Part shown: positions 8,989 through 18,114 of the stretch, piece by piece
How positions within the stretch are numbered: position 1 is the stretch's first letter
How the letters are laid out: each line of letters begins with the position of its first letter
Notes under the pieces: generated by a model
Databases searched by the model: none
Seen by the model: the letters and a program-made list of their open reading frames with translations, nothing else
Told to the model about the DNA's origin: nothing
From: a virus
Taxonomy: Duplodnaviria > Caudoviricetes
Strand: one strand, 5' to 3'
IMG/VR virus record: IMGVR_UViG_3300020016_000163
Coordinates: 1-37,692 of that record
DNA: 37,692 nt
Position numbers and translations under genes: made by a program

Positions 8989-9351
8989 TTAAATGTTCTC
9001 CTCAGAATGTTTTTTTAAATAAGAAATGACTTCCTGAATAATGCTCATATCTTCAAAAAACATTCCTAAGCCACCATTACATTGAAGACAAAGCAATCCT
9101 CTAACTCTACCTGTCTTATGGTTATGATCTACGCATAAACTTCTTGTTTTGAGTTCAATCTCATGTCGTTTACAGATAGCACATCTTCCTCCCTGAATTT
9201 GAAACAACCGGTTATATTCGGGAATATCAATACCATGCCGTCTAACTAACTTCTTCTCTCTATTTTTAGGAATCCATTTTTCATGGTAATACCTTCTAGC
9301 GTAAGCTAAGACTTTCTCCGGGTTTTCTTTCTCCCATTTACCAGAAACCAT
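8989..9351 (-). CDS. Endonuclease VII-family (HNH) nuclease
   Basis: QGGRCAIC...LCVDHNHKTGRVRGLLCLQCNGGLG. Confidence 0.9.
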   Translation of the reverse strand: MVSGKWEKENPEKVLAYARRYYHEKWIPKNREKKLVRRHGIDIPEYNRLFQIQGGRCAICKRHEIELKTRSLCVDHNHKTGRVRGLLCLQCNGGLGMFFEDMSIIQEVISYLKKHSEENI

Positions 9352-9352
9352 A

Positions 9353-9556
9353 TTAAGCAGACTCCTTGACCTTGTACTCTTGGCAGTTACAGCCGCCCTG
9401 GTTGCACCAGTTCAATTCTGAGCCGTAGTGCAAGTTAGAGAAATGGCCGCATTCACACAAAACGCTGGCTTCTTTCTTGGCCGGAGCTTTGGGTTCAGGT
9501 TCGATGTGTTTCTTGGCTTTAGTAACGACTTCTTTGATCTTTTTGATGGCTTTCAT
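9353..9556 (-). CDS. Small Lys-rich protein with Cys/His metal-binding C-terminus
   Basis: GGAGG RBS before ATG 9556; CECGH....H....C....CNC. Confidence 0.65.
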   Translation of the reverse strand: MKAIKKIKEVVTKAKKHIEPEPKAPAKKEASVLCECGHFSNLHYGSELNWCNQGGCNCQEYKVKESA

Positions 9557-9584
9557 AATGCCTCCGCTTCGAATATGACCCGTG

Positions 9585-9618
9585 CCCTTGCCAGTAGGGG
9601 AGGCCCACTGGCGAAGGG
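9585..9618 (-). other. GC-rich hairpin just downstream of the capsid gene
   Basis: Minus strand CCCTTCGCCAGTGGG-CCTC-CCCTACTGGCAAGGG; no U-tract. Confidence 0.6.
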
Positions 9619-9633
9619 TCGGTATCAAGTTGA

Positions 9634-10671
9634 TTAGCTCCCGTCGTAATAGGTGTAGAGTACACCCGCCGAAGGGTTAAGAATCTTAGCCGCTACACCG
9701 AGTTTGTACCCGATGAACGTGATCTGATTGAGAGGATCGCTCTTGTCAGGACCACTCACGACTGAGACCTTCGCATCTTTTCCACCCATCTTGGTGACGC
9801 CGTAAGCGCCTTTACCAATGATGATGGTTCCGTGTAAACGGCCACCGCCAGAAACAGCCGCGGAGTACGTTGACGCGAGAACTGCGACCGTTGCGGCATT
9901 GCTTGATTCGTCAAACAACACCTTTTCGATCACGCCCAACTGACCCTTTTCCATCGCTGCGCGGTTGGTATAAGCCATCCACGTCGCAAAGTTCGAGTCA
10001 CTTCGAATGAAGTCGCTCACGAGAGGATCAATGACCCCGCGGTAGTTTCCGTCATCAAAAGGCATCGCATTCATATTCTTAAGCTGAGTAACGGCTCGGC
10101 GAATATGGGCAATGGCTGGGACTGTGCTGAAGAACCCGTTCTTCATGGACGTGGCAATACCGCCAGTCGGCCAGAAGATTGTGTTGGAGTTTCCTTCCAA
10201 CACCGGGAAGCCCTGACTGAATACGGACGGGAAGGTCGCCGAGCTTGCGTTAGCAATACCCGTAGACGCCGCCGAACCGAATCCAATCTTGTCAGAAATG
10301 ATGTTATCGAGCGTTAAAGCCGCGCCATAACCCATCGCCTGGACTGTTTCTTCAACTACGGGACAAACGGCAGTTGCGACGACACGATCTGTTACGGAAC
10401 GAAGATCCGCAAACCAAGAAATCGTGGCCGACACCTTACGAGCTGAGACTGCGCTCGCACCGGGAATCGAACCGTCAGCTAGTACATAGCCAGCGGAAGG
10501 ATTTAACAGTGCATGCCAGACAATGGTGTCACCCTGATTTTCTGGAAGGGGCTTCTGGACTCCGTATTTGTCATAGACGAGATTGGCTTCTAAACGTTCC
10601 AAGAACGTATGGTCGTAATAGTTACCGATCATCGTGCTAATTGTTGCGCCTGATGCGTCAGTTGTTACCAT
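9634..10671 (-). CDS. Major capsid protein, N4-gp56 family
   Basis: YYD..FLE....L...KYG....LP.N.G.TI.W, L...NA..F.DG.Y...I.P, G.GAYG, DKSDPLNQ...GYK; follows scaffold. Confidence 0.9.
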   Translation of the reverse strand: MVTTDASGATISTMIGNYYDHTFLERLEANLVYDKYGVQKPLPENQGDTIVWHALLNPSAGYVLADGSIPGASAVSARKVSATISWFADLRSVTDRVVATAVCPVVEETVQAMGYGAALTLDNIISDKIGFGSAASTGIANASSATFPSVFSQGFPVLEGNSNTIFWPTGGIATSMKNGFFSTVPAIAHIRRAVTQLKNMNAMPFDDGNYRGVIDPLVSDFIRSDSNFATWMAYTNRAAMEKGQLGVIEKVLFDESSNAATVAVLASTYSAAVSGGGRLHGTIIIGKGAYGVTKMGGKDAKVSVVSGPDKSDPLNQITFIGYKLGVAAKILNPSAGVLYTYYDGS

Positions 10672-10699
10672 GTTGGATCACTAACCTTTTGAAGACTCT

Positions 10700-11710
10700 C
10701 TAGGTCGGACGTACCCCGATCCCAACTAAATAAGCCTTCTTTTCGTCCATGGACATCCGGGCGAAAACGTCAGGCGTCATTTCTTGGGGTGTTCCTTGAG
10801 GTGCTCCTCCCCCGCCGTTGCCGTTACCACCCGCTGTGCTGGGCGGTCTTTGCGCTGGCGGAACAACCCCGGTAGCAGCGGTCGGCGTAGCCGGACCCGT
10901 TGATCCTCCGAGATTGGACCGAGCGATTCGCGTGAGCGCCTTTTCATAGGCGTATCGAATCGGCTGGGCTTGTGCGACGAATGTGTTTGGTTCCTCTTTA
11001 AAAACCCGGTCTATTTCAAACTGGACTTGTGGGTTCTTAAAGACGGGATCACCCATCAGATCAACTAGCTCTTTCTGTCTACCGACCTCCCGATTGACGC
11101 CGTTCACTTGCTGATATAAAGGCGGCAATACGCGTCGAAGTTCTTGTTCAACAACAGACCGAGCCATATCATTTGCAAGCGGAGCGACTTTTTCGAAGTC
11201 TTCCGGGCTGAGTCCATACTGTTTGGCAAGCGCTTCAACGTTTTGGGGAGGTTGAACCGGAGGAGCGTACGCAGGTGGTGGAGTAGGCGATTGGTATATA
11301 AACGGAGGAAAAGTGGCCGGAGGAACCGGCGGAGCCGGTGTCACGGGTTGACCCTGCGTCTTTCGCGCTTCTTCCATCTTGCGGTACATCTCACGTTCCG
11401 ATTCTCGGTAGCTAGAGGCTAAGTTCTCTAATGTCATGGGCCCCTTTTTCTCCAACCATTCGTCCAACTCCGCATTGCCCGTAACAAGAACGGATTTCTC
11501 CGGTTTACCAGCAGGCGGCACGTCACCTTGCGTCGCAGGTGCAGGGACTTGTGCAGAGGGGGTAAAAGAAGCAGGGACAGGCGTCGATTGAGCGGCGGCT
11601 TTCGCCTGTCGCTTCATCTCGCGTTCTGTCTCGCTAATCCGTTCCTTGAACTGATCTGCGGTCTCGCCCTTTTGCGGTTCGAGGCTTTTTGTTTCTGTTT
11701 CGTTGCTCAT
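10700..11710 (-). CDS. Capsid scaffolding protein
   Basis: Pro/Ala-rich and helical, LASSYRESER motif, C-terminal FARMSMDEKKAYL; immediately upstream of capsid; AAGGAG RBS. Confidence 0.75.
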   Translation of the reverse strand: MSNETETKSLEPQKGETADQFKERISETEREMKRQAKAAAQSTPVPASFTPSAQVPAPATQGDVPPAGKPEKSVLVTGNAELDEWLEKKGPMTLENLASSYRESEREMYRKMEEARKTQGQPVTPAPPVPPATFPPFIYQSPTPPPAYAPPVQPPQNVEALAKQYGLSPEDFEKVAPLANDMARSVVEQELRRVLPPLYQQVNGVNREVGRQKELVDLMGDPVFKNPQVQFEIDRVFKEEPNTFVAQAQPIRYAYEKALTRIARSNLGGSTGPATPTAATGVVPPAQRPPSTAGGNGNGGGGAPQGTPQEMTPDVFARMSMDEKKAYLVGIGVRPT

Positions 11711-11775
11711 TTCACTGCTCCTTGTCGAGCGGCCCTTCCAGAGAGCTTATGCTCGGGGTTCAGACTAAAATTCAT
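11707..11775 (-). CDS. 22-aa upstream ORF coupled to scaffold start
   Basis: AAGGAG RBS; MNFSLNPEHKLSGRAARQGAVK; stop overlaps scaffold ATG (ATGA). Confidence 0.35.
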   Translation of the reverse strand: MNFSLNPEHKLSGRAARQGAVK

Positions 11776-11786
11776 ATACTCTCCTT

Positions 11787-12209
11787 ATGGGTAAGACTAA
11801 ATTGATGGTTTGTAAGTGGTGTAAGAAAGAGAGGGAAATCCCATCTTGGAGAAATCACGTTTTTTGCTCTAGGGTTTGCAAGGGACTCTGGTTCGGAAAT
11901 GATCCTAAAAACAGAAAGCAACAAAGCGTTTCTGTATCTCTTGCAATCAAAGAAGGTCGCCTTATCCATCACAAGAATCCAAACAGCAAAGTTTCCGAAT
12001 ATAGAAAAGAACGCGCACAATGGCGATCTAAGAGCTGGAAAAATGAAATCAAGCAAAGATTTAAATTCACCTGCCAGAGATGTAATTGCGTAACAAAAAC
12101 CATATGCGCTCATCACATCAAGCCCTGGAAAACGTTTCCAGAACTTCGATACGATCTCGAAAACGGAATCACTTATTGCCAGCCTTGCCATAAATTCATT
12201 CATAAATAG
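11787..12209 (+). CDS. HNH endonuclease with N-terminal Cys motif, antisense to operon
   Basis: CKWC...FCSRVC; RFKFTCQRC...AHHIKPW...PELRYDLENGITYCQPCH...H. Confidence 0.88.
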   Translation: MGKTKLMVCKWCKKEREIPSWRNHVFCSRVCKGLWFGNDPKNRKQQSVSVSLAIKEGRLIHHKNPNSKVSEYRKERAQWRSKSWKNEIKQRFKFTCQRCNCVTKTICAHHIKPWKTFPELRYDLENGITYCQPCHKFIHK

Positions 12210-12221
12210 TTTCTGTCCTAT

Positions 12222-12348
12222 TGGTCAGCGCAGGTGGGGAATTTAACCCGCTATCCTCGTTCAAAGAATGAACCTTCTCCACCCGACGACTGTCGTAGGC
12301 TCGACAGACAAAGTTCATTCAATTAATACGCCTGTACGCTCTGCGCTA
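12222..12348 (-). ncRNA. tRNA-like structured RNA candidate ending in ACCA
   Basis: 8-bp terminal stem TAGCGCAG/CTGCGCTG + ACCA; T-arm-like GCGGG-TTAAATTC-CCCAC; 11-bp stem GAATGAACTTT/AAGGTTCATTC enclosing CTGTCG/CGACAG; fills an intergenic gap. Confidence 0.5.
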
Positions 12349-12351
12349 AAT

Positions 12352-13080
12352 CTATCTACGCCAATGCGACTTTGATGTGGGTGTAATGCTCTGTGGCATC
12401 TGAGGCGGCCCAAACGGTGCGGGTAAAGTTGAATTCCGGCTGTAATATTTCTGCATCTGTTCGTCATCGTCACTCGTATGACGACCGGGCGTTGCCTGGT
12501 TTTGCCAGGAACTGGCCGCTCCGGCAGGGGCAGCACCCGCCCCATAAGCTCCTGATCCACCCGAAGAACCATAGCCTCCCAAACCAAGCGGAGAACTGGA
12601 ACCGCCTGCGCCTAAAGTTGAACCCGCGGCATTCATGTTCGGCGCGGACATTCCAGCGCCATAACTCCCAGTGCTTCCAGCACTTCCCGCGGCATTTGCG
12701 GCTCCGCTAAATAGCCCTGATCCCGCCGCATAGCCAGCTATACCACCAGCCCCCATACCAATTCCGAAGTTTTTACCGAATCCTTTCGCGCTCGTGTTAT
12801 TTGAGATACCTGCCTCACCAGAAAGCGCTCCAGCAGCTCCACCCGCAACAGCGCCGTAAGGACCACCCGTAATAAATCCTCCAACGGCAGCAGGACCGGC
12901 GTTACCCACACTTCGCCCCAGCCGATTAGCAACAGAGCCTTGCTTCGAACCGAAAGGATCGGATCGATGGAATTCGGTCGTGTTCGCCGTTCCTAACGCA
13001 CCCGCAATGCGCCCTACTTTCGGGCCTAATCCCAAAAAGTCTTTACCAGTCGGATCTAATTTCTCTAAGAATTTGCTCAT
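12352..13080 (-). CDS. Gly/Ala-rich probable virion protein
   Basis: GGxxGAxAGG glycine-zipper segments; ATGA overlap at 13080; between portal and scaffold. Confidence 0.6.
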   Translation of the reverse strand: MSKFLEKLDPTGKDFLGLGPKVGRIAGALGTANTTEFHRSDPFGSKQGSVANRLGRSVGNAGPAAVGGFITGGPYGAVAGGAAGALSGEAGISNNTSAKGFGKNFGIGMGAGGIAGYAAGSGLFSGAANAAGSAGSTGSYGAGMSAPNMNAAGSTLGAGGSSSPLGLGGYGSSGGSGAYGAGAAPAGAASSWQNQATPGRHTSDDDEQMQKYYSRNSTLPAPFGPPQMPQSITPTSKSHWRR

Positions 13081-13268
13081 TTTCGACCTCCCCAATTCGA
13101 TTTCATCACTGGATTGAACGGTTCTGGCTTCGGATCCTTGGTGTTCATTGGCAACTTCATACCTTTGGACGCCTGATCAAATTCATTTACCGTTGAAGAT
13201 TTGATCCCTTTCTTCTTGGCTGTGTCTGTGTGAAAGAACCGCTCTTGTTTTTGGCTTTTGTAGGGCAT
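13077..13268 (-). CDS. Small basic phage protein
   Basis: AAAGGAG RBS; MPYKSQKQERF N-terminus of a type common in phage head modules. Confidence 0.7.
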   Translation of the reverse strand: MPYKSQKQERFFHTDTAKKKGIKSSTVNEFDQASKGMKLPMNTKDPKPEPFNPVMKSNWGGRK

Positions 13269-13286
13269 GGGTGACTCCTTTCGCAT

Positions 13287-13330
13287 AAAAAAAGCGGACA
13301 TCCTGATGTTCTGGCACCAGAATGCCCGCT
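13287..13330 (-). terminator. Intrinsic terminator-like hairpin
   Basis: AGCGGGCATTCTGGTG-CCAGAA-CATCAGGATGTCCGCT then T-run; G-U pairs valid on minus strand. Confidence 0.7.
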
Positions 13331-13361
13331 TCGCTTACGTCGATTAGATTTTAAAGAACAG

Positions 13362-13598
13362 CTACTTCAAGCCATTAAGTATGTAATCCAAATCCGATTT
13401 AACTTTTCGAATCGCGTTACGGCGACCACGGCATTCACCAATCTCAGCTAAGTTGAGGCTTGTGATGGGGAGCGCGTCTTCATCTTTGATCGCATTGTGT
13501 TCAACATTCGCCAAAATGAATTCCATGTGTTTCCAGGCCGCTTGATCCATCATGGTGCGAAACGACTGGGCTAAATCTTTCTTCTCTTGGTCGGTCAT
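13362..13598 (-). CDS. Small helical portal-adjacent protein
   Basis: 78 aa; ATGA overlap with portal stop; typical post-portal position. Confidence 0.65.
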   Translation of the reverse strand: MTDQEKKDLAQSFRTMMDQAAWKHMEFILANVEHNAIKDEDALPITSLNLAEIGECRGRRNAIRKVKSDLDYILNGLK

Positions 13599-15805
13599 CC
13601 CATTGGTCTACCGGTCATATCCATTGGCGATCCACCTGGGCCGTTAGCGGGCATAGGCGGATGTGCTCCTAGAAATTGGTTGCGACCAGGGCTGTTGCCA
13701 GCGACGGGCTGTTGTGCGTGTTGCGGAGGGCCGCCGTGTCCACCTTGAGGCGGTTGTCCTTGGGGTGGTTGACCACCGGACATGGGCGGCATTCCTTGGG
13801 GAGGTCCAGAAGGTTTCCCGCCTTCCATGGGAGCACCTGGCATCGTAAGACCTTCCATCTGCATCTTGGCTTCGTTGTATTGCTGGACTTCCTCGTCACT
13901 GAATATGAATTGGTCGGTGTTGGGGTATCCCATTTCGTTGACTTCTTTTCGGGCTACTTCCATTTGCTTGTACCACCACTGGCCAACAAACTGCTGGTTT
14001 AAGGCTTCAAGTTGTGCGAGTTTAACGCCTTTGCTTTCAGCGGTGAGAACACCTAGCGGCACGAGCTTGGCGTACATGTCTAGTTGTTCTGGGGGAAGAA
14101 ATTCGAATTGTTGGGCTTTTTCTGGACCGAGAATACATTGGAGATCGTCATAGCTTTTGAATTGGTAGATGCGCTGGTAATACTTCTTGTAGGCTTCGCC
14201 TAATCCGCAGATTTCGTTGACTCGGGCGTAGAGCATGAACCTGTCCGTCGCGCTCTGTTTGTTGAGCAATTGACCCCGGAACGTTTTACCACCCGCGTCA
14301 CCTTCCGCTCCGCCAACGCCGACCGTCGCACTCGTCGCCGCGGTGACCTCTTGGATCTCTTGTTTGACTTCGTTCGAGTTCTGGTAGGCGTCAATACCCG
14401 CTGCCGGATATTCAATCGGTTGAACCGCTTTTCTAACATCGTCAATACCCTCAAAAAGCCAGATGGCTCCCGGTTCACTCTTTAAACGCTGCCATTCTCC
14501 TTGCGGAACTTTGTCTTTAAGTACGGCCATGATTTTATTGAGCGTGAGATTGGTCTGATCGACTCGGGTGTTCCGTAGCTCATTAAGTTCGATTTGGAGA
14601 CCGATCATTAGTTCAGCCACGCCGATGCCATACCACTGGCCGGGAACACGAATATAATGACCCCGGACGTATGGCGGCATCGCATCACGAAATGGGTTGA
14701 GTTGCTTTCTAACGACCCACTGTTTATCGACCACCCATAACCATCCTGGAACCATACGATACTTGGCTTGGGGATCAGCATGCTCCCTCCGTTCCGGAAA
14801 CATCCAGAGTTCGGGTACTGGACCCCAGTATTCGTAGAGTTCATGTGGACTATCGGGATCCTGGTAGTTCATGTTGACTTGCTGTTGCATTAAAGCCAAA
14901 CGCCGAGCTTGCTTTTCAGGATCAGCCTGGATGCGCGTATCGTTTGATCGGCTCAGGAGCGCAGGTGTGACGTTCCGTAACCGCATATTAGGGTCCGGAT
15001 CGTTGGCTCCGGCGATCAACTCAGCATTGGTAATCTTTGCCTTTTCAATGATCCAGTGGTCAGTGTCCATGTCGACAGTGTACGGCTCTGGATAGATATC
15101 GTAAGGGTCGCGCCAATCAAACGTTGCCCAGTTCTTAACGATCATTTCTTGTTCGGAAAAGGATTCTTGAGGAATGGGTTGCATCCCAATCTTCGAAATG
15201 AAGCCGTTCAGCATGGCCATCTTGTTACGCTGCTTAACCATGACCATCTTCTTTTCAAGCGCATAGTTAATCTTGCCAATAGACGTACCCAAAATCGCAA
15301 GCGTACGCAGGAAGTCGGTGTACTTCACCTTGAACGAACTTTTATCCATGTCGTTAGCGATGATCTGGTTGTGTTGCTGAACAACGTCTTGCATGGCTGA
15401 TAGATTGGCTTGGTATTCAATGGGGGTGTGAGGGGCCATGCTAGTCGAGTGAAGATTGGCCACAATGGTCTCAACAACTTTGGGCGTTTCAGGCATGAAC
15501 ATCTTGGATTGCCAAGGGGCTTTACCTGTCGTGTCGTAGACCTGTTTCATGTGGTCCCAGCACTTATCCCAAACCATGCGCTTCTCGCGTCGCCAGTATT
15601 CACTCGCCTTTTGTCGGTTTACAACCATGGAACAGATTTCCTGATCCATAACGTAATCGAGTGGGTAGGCGTTGACTTGTTTATTGATCTTGTCTTGCTG
15701 GAAAGCTTCGTCGGGGATGTTGGGGCGGTCCATCGGATACACGTCGCCCATCGGCATATCTTGGGTGTTCATGGACTGATTGAATTGGCCGTTCATGGGC
15801 ATCAT
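13595..15805 (-). CDS. Portal protein (P22-like podoviral)
   Basis: SKMFMPET...VETIV, GTSIGKI, DPYDIYPEP, PGQWYGIG..E...LQ.ELN..RN...D, Q/P/G-rich tail; follows terL; likely start 15805 (ATGA overlap). Confidence 0.9.
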   Translation of the reverse strand: MMPMNGQFNQSMNTQDMPMGDVYPMDRPNIPDEAFQQDKINKQVNAYPLDYVMDQEICSMVVNRQKASEYWRREKRMVWDKCWDHMKQVYDTTGKAPWQSKMFMPETPKVVETIVANLHSTSMAPHTPIEYQANLSAMQDVVQQHNQIIANDMDKSSFKVKYTDFLRTLAILGTSIGKINYALEKKMVMVKQRNKMAMLNGFISKIGMQPIPQESFSEQEMIVKNWATFDWRDPYDIYPEPYTVDMDTDHWIIEKAKITNAELIAGANDPDPNMRLRNVTPALLSRSNDTRIQADPEKQARRLALMQQQVNMNYQDPDSPHELYEYWGPVPELWMFPERREHADPQAKYRMVPGWLWVVDKQWVVRKQLNPFRDAMPPYVRGHYIRVPGQWYGIGVAELMIGLQIELNELRNTRVDQTNLTLNKIMAVLKDKVPQGEWQRLKSEPGAIWLFEGIDDVRKAVQPIEYPAAGIDAYQNSNEVKQEIQEVTAATSATVGVGGAEGDAGGKTFRGQLLNKQSATDRFMLYARVNEICGLGEAYKKYYQRIYQFKSYDDLQCILGPEKAQQFEFLPPEQLDMYAKLVPLGVLTAESKGVKLAQLEALNQQFVGQWWYKQMEVARKEVNEMGYPNTDQFIFSDEEVQQYNEAKMQMEGLTMPGAPMEGGKPSGPPQGMPPMSGGQPPQGQPPQGGHGGPPQHAQQPVAGNSPGRNQFLGAHPPMPANGPGGSPMDMTGRPMG

Positions 15806-15990
15806 GCTGATACTCCTAGCCATTCGCGGAAGTCCAATGATCTTTGAACTTTTTGTTTTGCTTTTAAAGTTTCCATATCTGGATTCTCGAAACATTTCTC
15901 GCAAACGCGTGGGGTATATCCAACCATGTAAATATCCATAATGCGTTCAAGTGGTGGTATTTTCTTCTCGCAGGATTCACAAATAATCAT
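15802..15990 (-). CDS. Small zinc-ribbon protein
   Basis: CESC...CEKC; coupled to terL and portal by ATGA overlaps. Confidence 0.65.
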   Translation of the reverse strand: MIICESCEKKIPPLERIMDIYMVGYTPRVCEKCFENPDMETLKAKQKVQRSLDFREWLGVSA

Positions 15991-17477
15991 CCGTACATCC
16001 TCCGGGGTTCGTTGTATGGCGCGGGATCAGAGTAGCGCGGGTTAGCCATCACCCAGTACCGAACCGTGTCCATGTAATCCTTGAATTTGTCGGAATATTC
16101 TTGAGTCTTAACATCTACCGACCAGCGCTGGAAACTCTTGATCGTGTTGAAGCATTGGGGGCTAACGAAATACTTGGGTTTGTTTAGAGCGTCTATGGGT
16201 CGGGATGTATCATAGGCAAGGAAATCCCTAACTTTGACAACGCCAGAATGTACCTCTTCAACACCGCCGTGGTAACTAATCTCGTAATGCAATCCGACCT
16301 TAGCAAACTCTTCTCGTAGCGTCGCCCGTGTGTGCACCGTTCGTACTTCTGAAAAGTGACGGTCCATAATTCGCTTGGTAACATTCCACCCTTGCTCCTT
16401 CTGGGCGAAGATCCGTTTATAGTCATTGATGCCTAACGTGCATCCGTGCATTTTGTAGAAGTCTTCGTTGGGCCACTCGTCAACTTGGAATAACGTTCCG
16501 CTTCGATCACAGAAGCCCCAAATGCAAGCAAAAGGTTTATCTCCGTGGGGGTCCACGATTTGCCAGACCTGCGCTCCTTGTGGGACGGTAACGTGCTGGC
16601 TAAGAACATGAATAGTAGGTTCGAAGTTTTTAAAGACCAACCCCTGCAAATACATCGCCTTGCCATGAGCCCGTGCCTCCACTTCGTCAACGTCCATCTC
16701 GCTAACCATCCGTTGGATATTGTCGTGATCTAACTGGCCGCGTGTGCCATGGGTCTTGCAGTTTTCTTCAATGTCGCCGTAAACGATTGAGTCCGTATGA
16801 CGAGGAACAACATCATCAAAGAACCACGCGGCTTGAGTGAGCGGCGTCATAAACACAATCGCCATACCGCCCATACGCAGTCGAGCTAAGCTGGCATTCC
16901 AAATACTCTTCACAGGTGGTTCATCGAAGAAGATGCCCCCGAGCGTTGCGCCTTCAAATTGTTTGAGGTCTTGGTCATACGACATGATGTCGAGGAGGAA
17001 TCCGTTGGCTTTGTATTGGCTGTAGTAGGACTTGCCGCCTTTGATGGCTTCATACTTCCCGCGTGGCCACCACTTTTTGATTTCCGAATGTAAGGGTCCG
17101 ATTTCTTCGACCAGTTTAGGATCGGTAATGAAACGGAGTCGCTTAGGGTAAGGCCAGGATCTAAATAAGGGGTAGTCGAAAAACTGATTTTGTGGTCCCC
17201 AAATGATATTCGCCATGACGTTCGCGATCGCCGTCGTTTTGCCGATGCCGTTGGCCGCACTAAAGATCCCAATATGCGGCGCTGTGCCGCCGACAAGTTT
17301 GATGAGCTTGTCTTGCGCTCCGTTGGGTTCAAAGTAAACGCATTTCTGGTTTTCATGCGCATCGTCCATTGCCGACTTGATCATCTGTCGGGCTGCCAGC
17401 AATTTCGATTTCGATATGCCGGAGAAGTTCGGGGAGTTGGGTTGGTTCGATTCGGGCAAACGGATTGGTTGATTCAT
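15987..17477 (-). CDS. terL: Terminase large subunit
   Basis: Walker A AANGIGKTT, Walker B FFDEPP, motif III FMTP, nuclease IVDPH and DYMDTVRY; start could be 17384 or 17369. Confidence 0.93.
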   Translation of the reverse strand: MNQPIRLPESNQPNSPNFSGISKSKLLAARQMIKSAMDDAHENQKCVYFEPNGAQDKLIKLVGGTAPHIGIFSAANGIGKTTAIANVMANIIWGPQNQFFDYPLFRSWPYPKRLRFITDPKLVEEIGPLHSEIKKWWPRGKYEAIKGGKSYYSQYKANGFLLDIMSYDQDLKQFEGATLGGIFFDEPPVKSIWNASLARLRMGGMAIVFMTPLTQAAWFFDDVVPRHTDSIVYGDIEENCKTHGTRGQLDHDNIQRMVSEMDVDEVEARAHGKAMYLQGLVFKNFEPTIHVLSQHVTVPQGAQVWQIVDPHGDKPFACIWGFCDRSGTLFQVDEWPNEDFYKMHGCTLGINDYKRIFAQKEQGWNVTKRIMDRHFSEVRTVHTRATLREEFAKVGLHYEISYHGGVEEVHSGVVKVRDFLAYDTSRPIDALNKPKYFVSPQCFNTIKSFQRWSVDVKTQEYSDKFKDYMDTVRYWVMANPRYSDPAPYNEPRRMYG

Positions 17478-17781
17478 TTAAATCCACCTCCTCCTGTCGA
17501 GGAAGTGAATGCGTTAATGAAATCTCAGACGCACGAAGTCGATCACGATCATCCGCATTCGGATCGTTCATAATTTCGTTAACGACTTGGATTGCTTTGA
17601 CGGAAACTTCTTCTAGTTGTTTGCGCAGAAAGGCTCGACGTTCTTTTACGGTATCAGGAAGTCTAGGACGACCAGGACCAGCGATGGCAGGTTTCTCAAT
17701 ACCAAAACGCGGCCCAAATTTATTGCCAAAATTATCAATTGGGTCGTTTTTACGTTTTGTTTGGCCGTTTTCGGATGGCAC
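17353..17781 (-). CDS. terS: Probable terminase small subunit
   Basis: GNKFG.RF...GPGRP N-terminus, helical core RLRASE; directly upstream of terL. Confidence 0.7.
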   Translation of the reverse strand: MPSENGQTKRKNDPIDNFGNKFGPRFGIEKPAIAGPGRPRLPDTVKERRAFLRKQLEEVSVKAIQVVNEIMNDPNADDRDRLRASEISLTHSLPRQEEVDLNESTNPFARIEPTQLPELLRHIEIEIAGSPTDDQVGNGRCA

Positions 17782-17791
17782 GACTGAAAGT

Positions 17792-17986
17792 TTAATGTTT
17801 TTCGGCGCTTGGGGTAGGTGAATTGGTGTTAGACTTTGTTAGGTTTCGGTAAGCATGTAGAATCCAACGTACATTCGAACAGCTAATTCCTAGACGGAAT
17901 GCCACTTCTTTTTGGGGTAAATGCCGCCGTTCAACCAAGACAACCACTCGTAAATTACGAACCCGATTGTAAGCCCGGAATGTCAT
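17792..17986 (-). CDS. Small HTH DNA-binding protein
   Basis: LPQKEVAFRLGISCSNVRWIL. Confidence 0.7.
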   Translation of the reverse strand: MTFRAYNRVRNLRVVVLVERRHLPQKEVAFRLGISCSNVRWILHAYRNLTKSNTNSPTPSAEKH

Positions 17987-18114
17987 TGTTTGTGTTTAGG
18001 ACAATAAATCAACGTCACAACCTTTGGTTTGCCTTTAGACCACCGGCACCTACACTCAGAACGATAAATGTATTGTTCACATGCCCGGCATTGCCACTGA
18101 TGATAATGCGCCAT
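17983..18114 (-). CDS. Small Cys-rich protein (43 aa)
   Basis: Hand-translated MAHYHQWQCRAC...CRC...CPKH; overlaps both neighbours. Confidence 0.5.
   Translation of the reverse strand: MAHYHQWQCRACEQYIYRSECRCRWSKGKPKVVTLIYCPKHKQ

Noticed and set aside
7332-12209. Group I introns around the HNH genes
   Set aside because: Flanking genes are complete and there is almost no non-coding space for an intron core.
12222-12348. Canonical tRNA or tmRNA gene
   Set aside because: No 7-nt anticodon loop, T-loop lacks TTCRA, too short for tmRNA and no G3-U70 alanine identity; kept only as tRNA-like.
13663-15847. Multiple plus-strand and alternate-frame ORFs over the portal gene
   Set aside because: Shadows of a well-supported gene with no motifs; the same applies to most plus-strand ORFs in the track.
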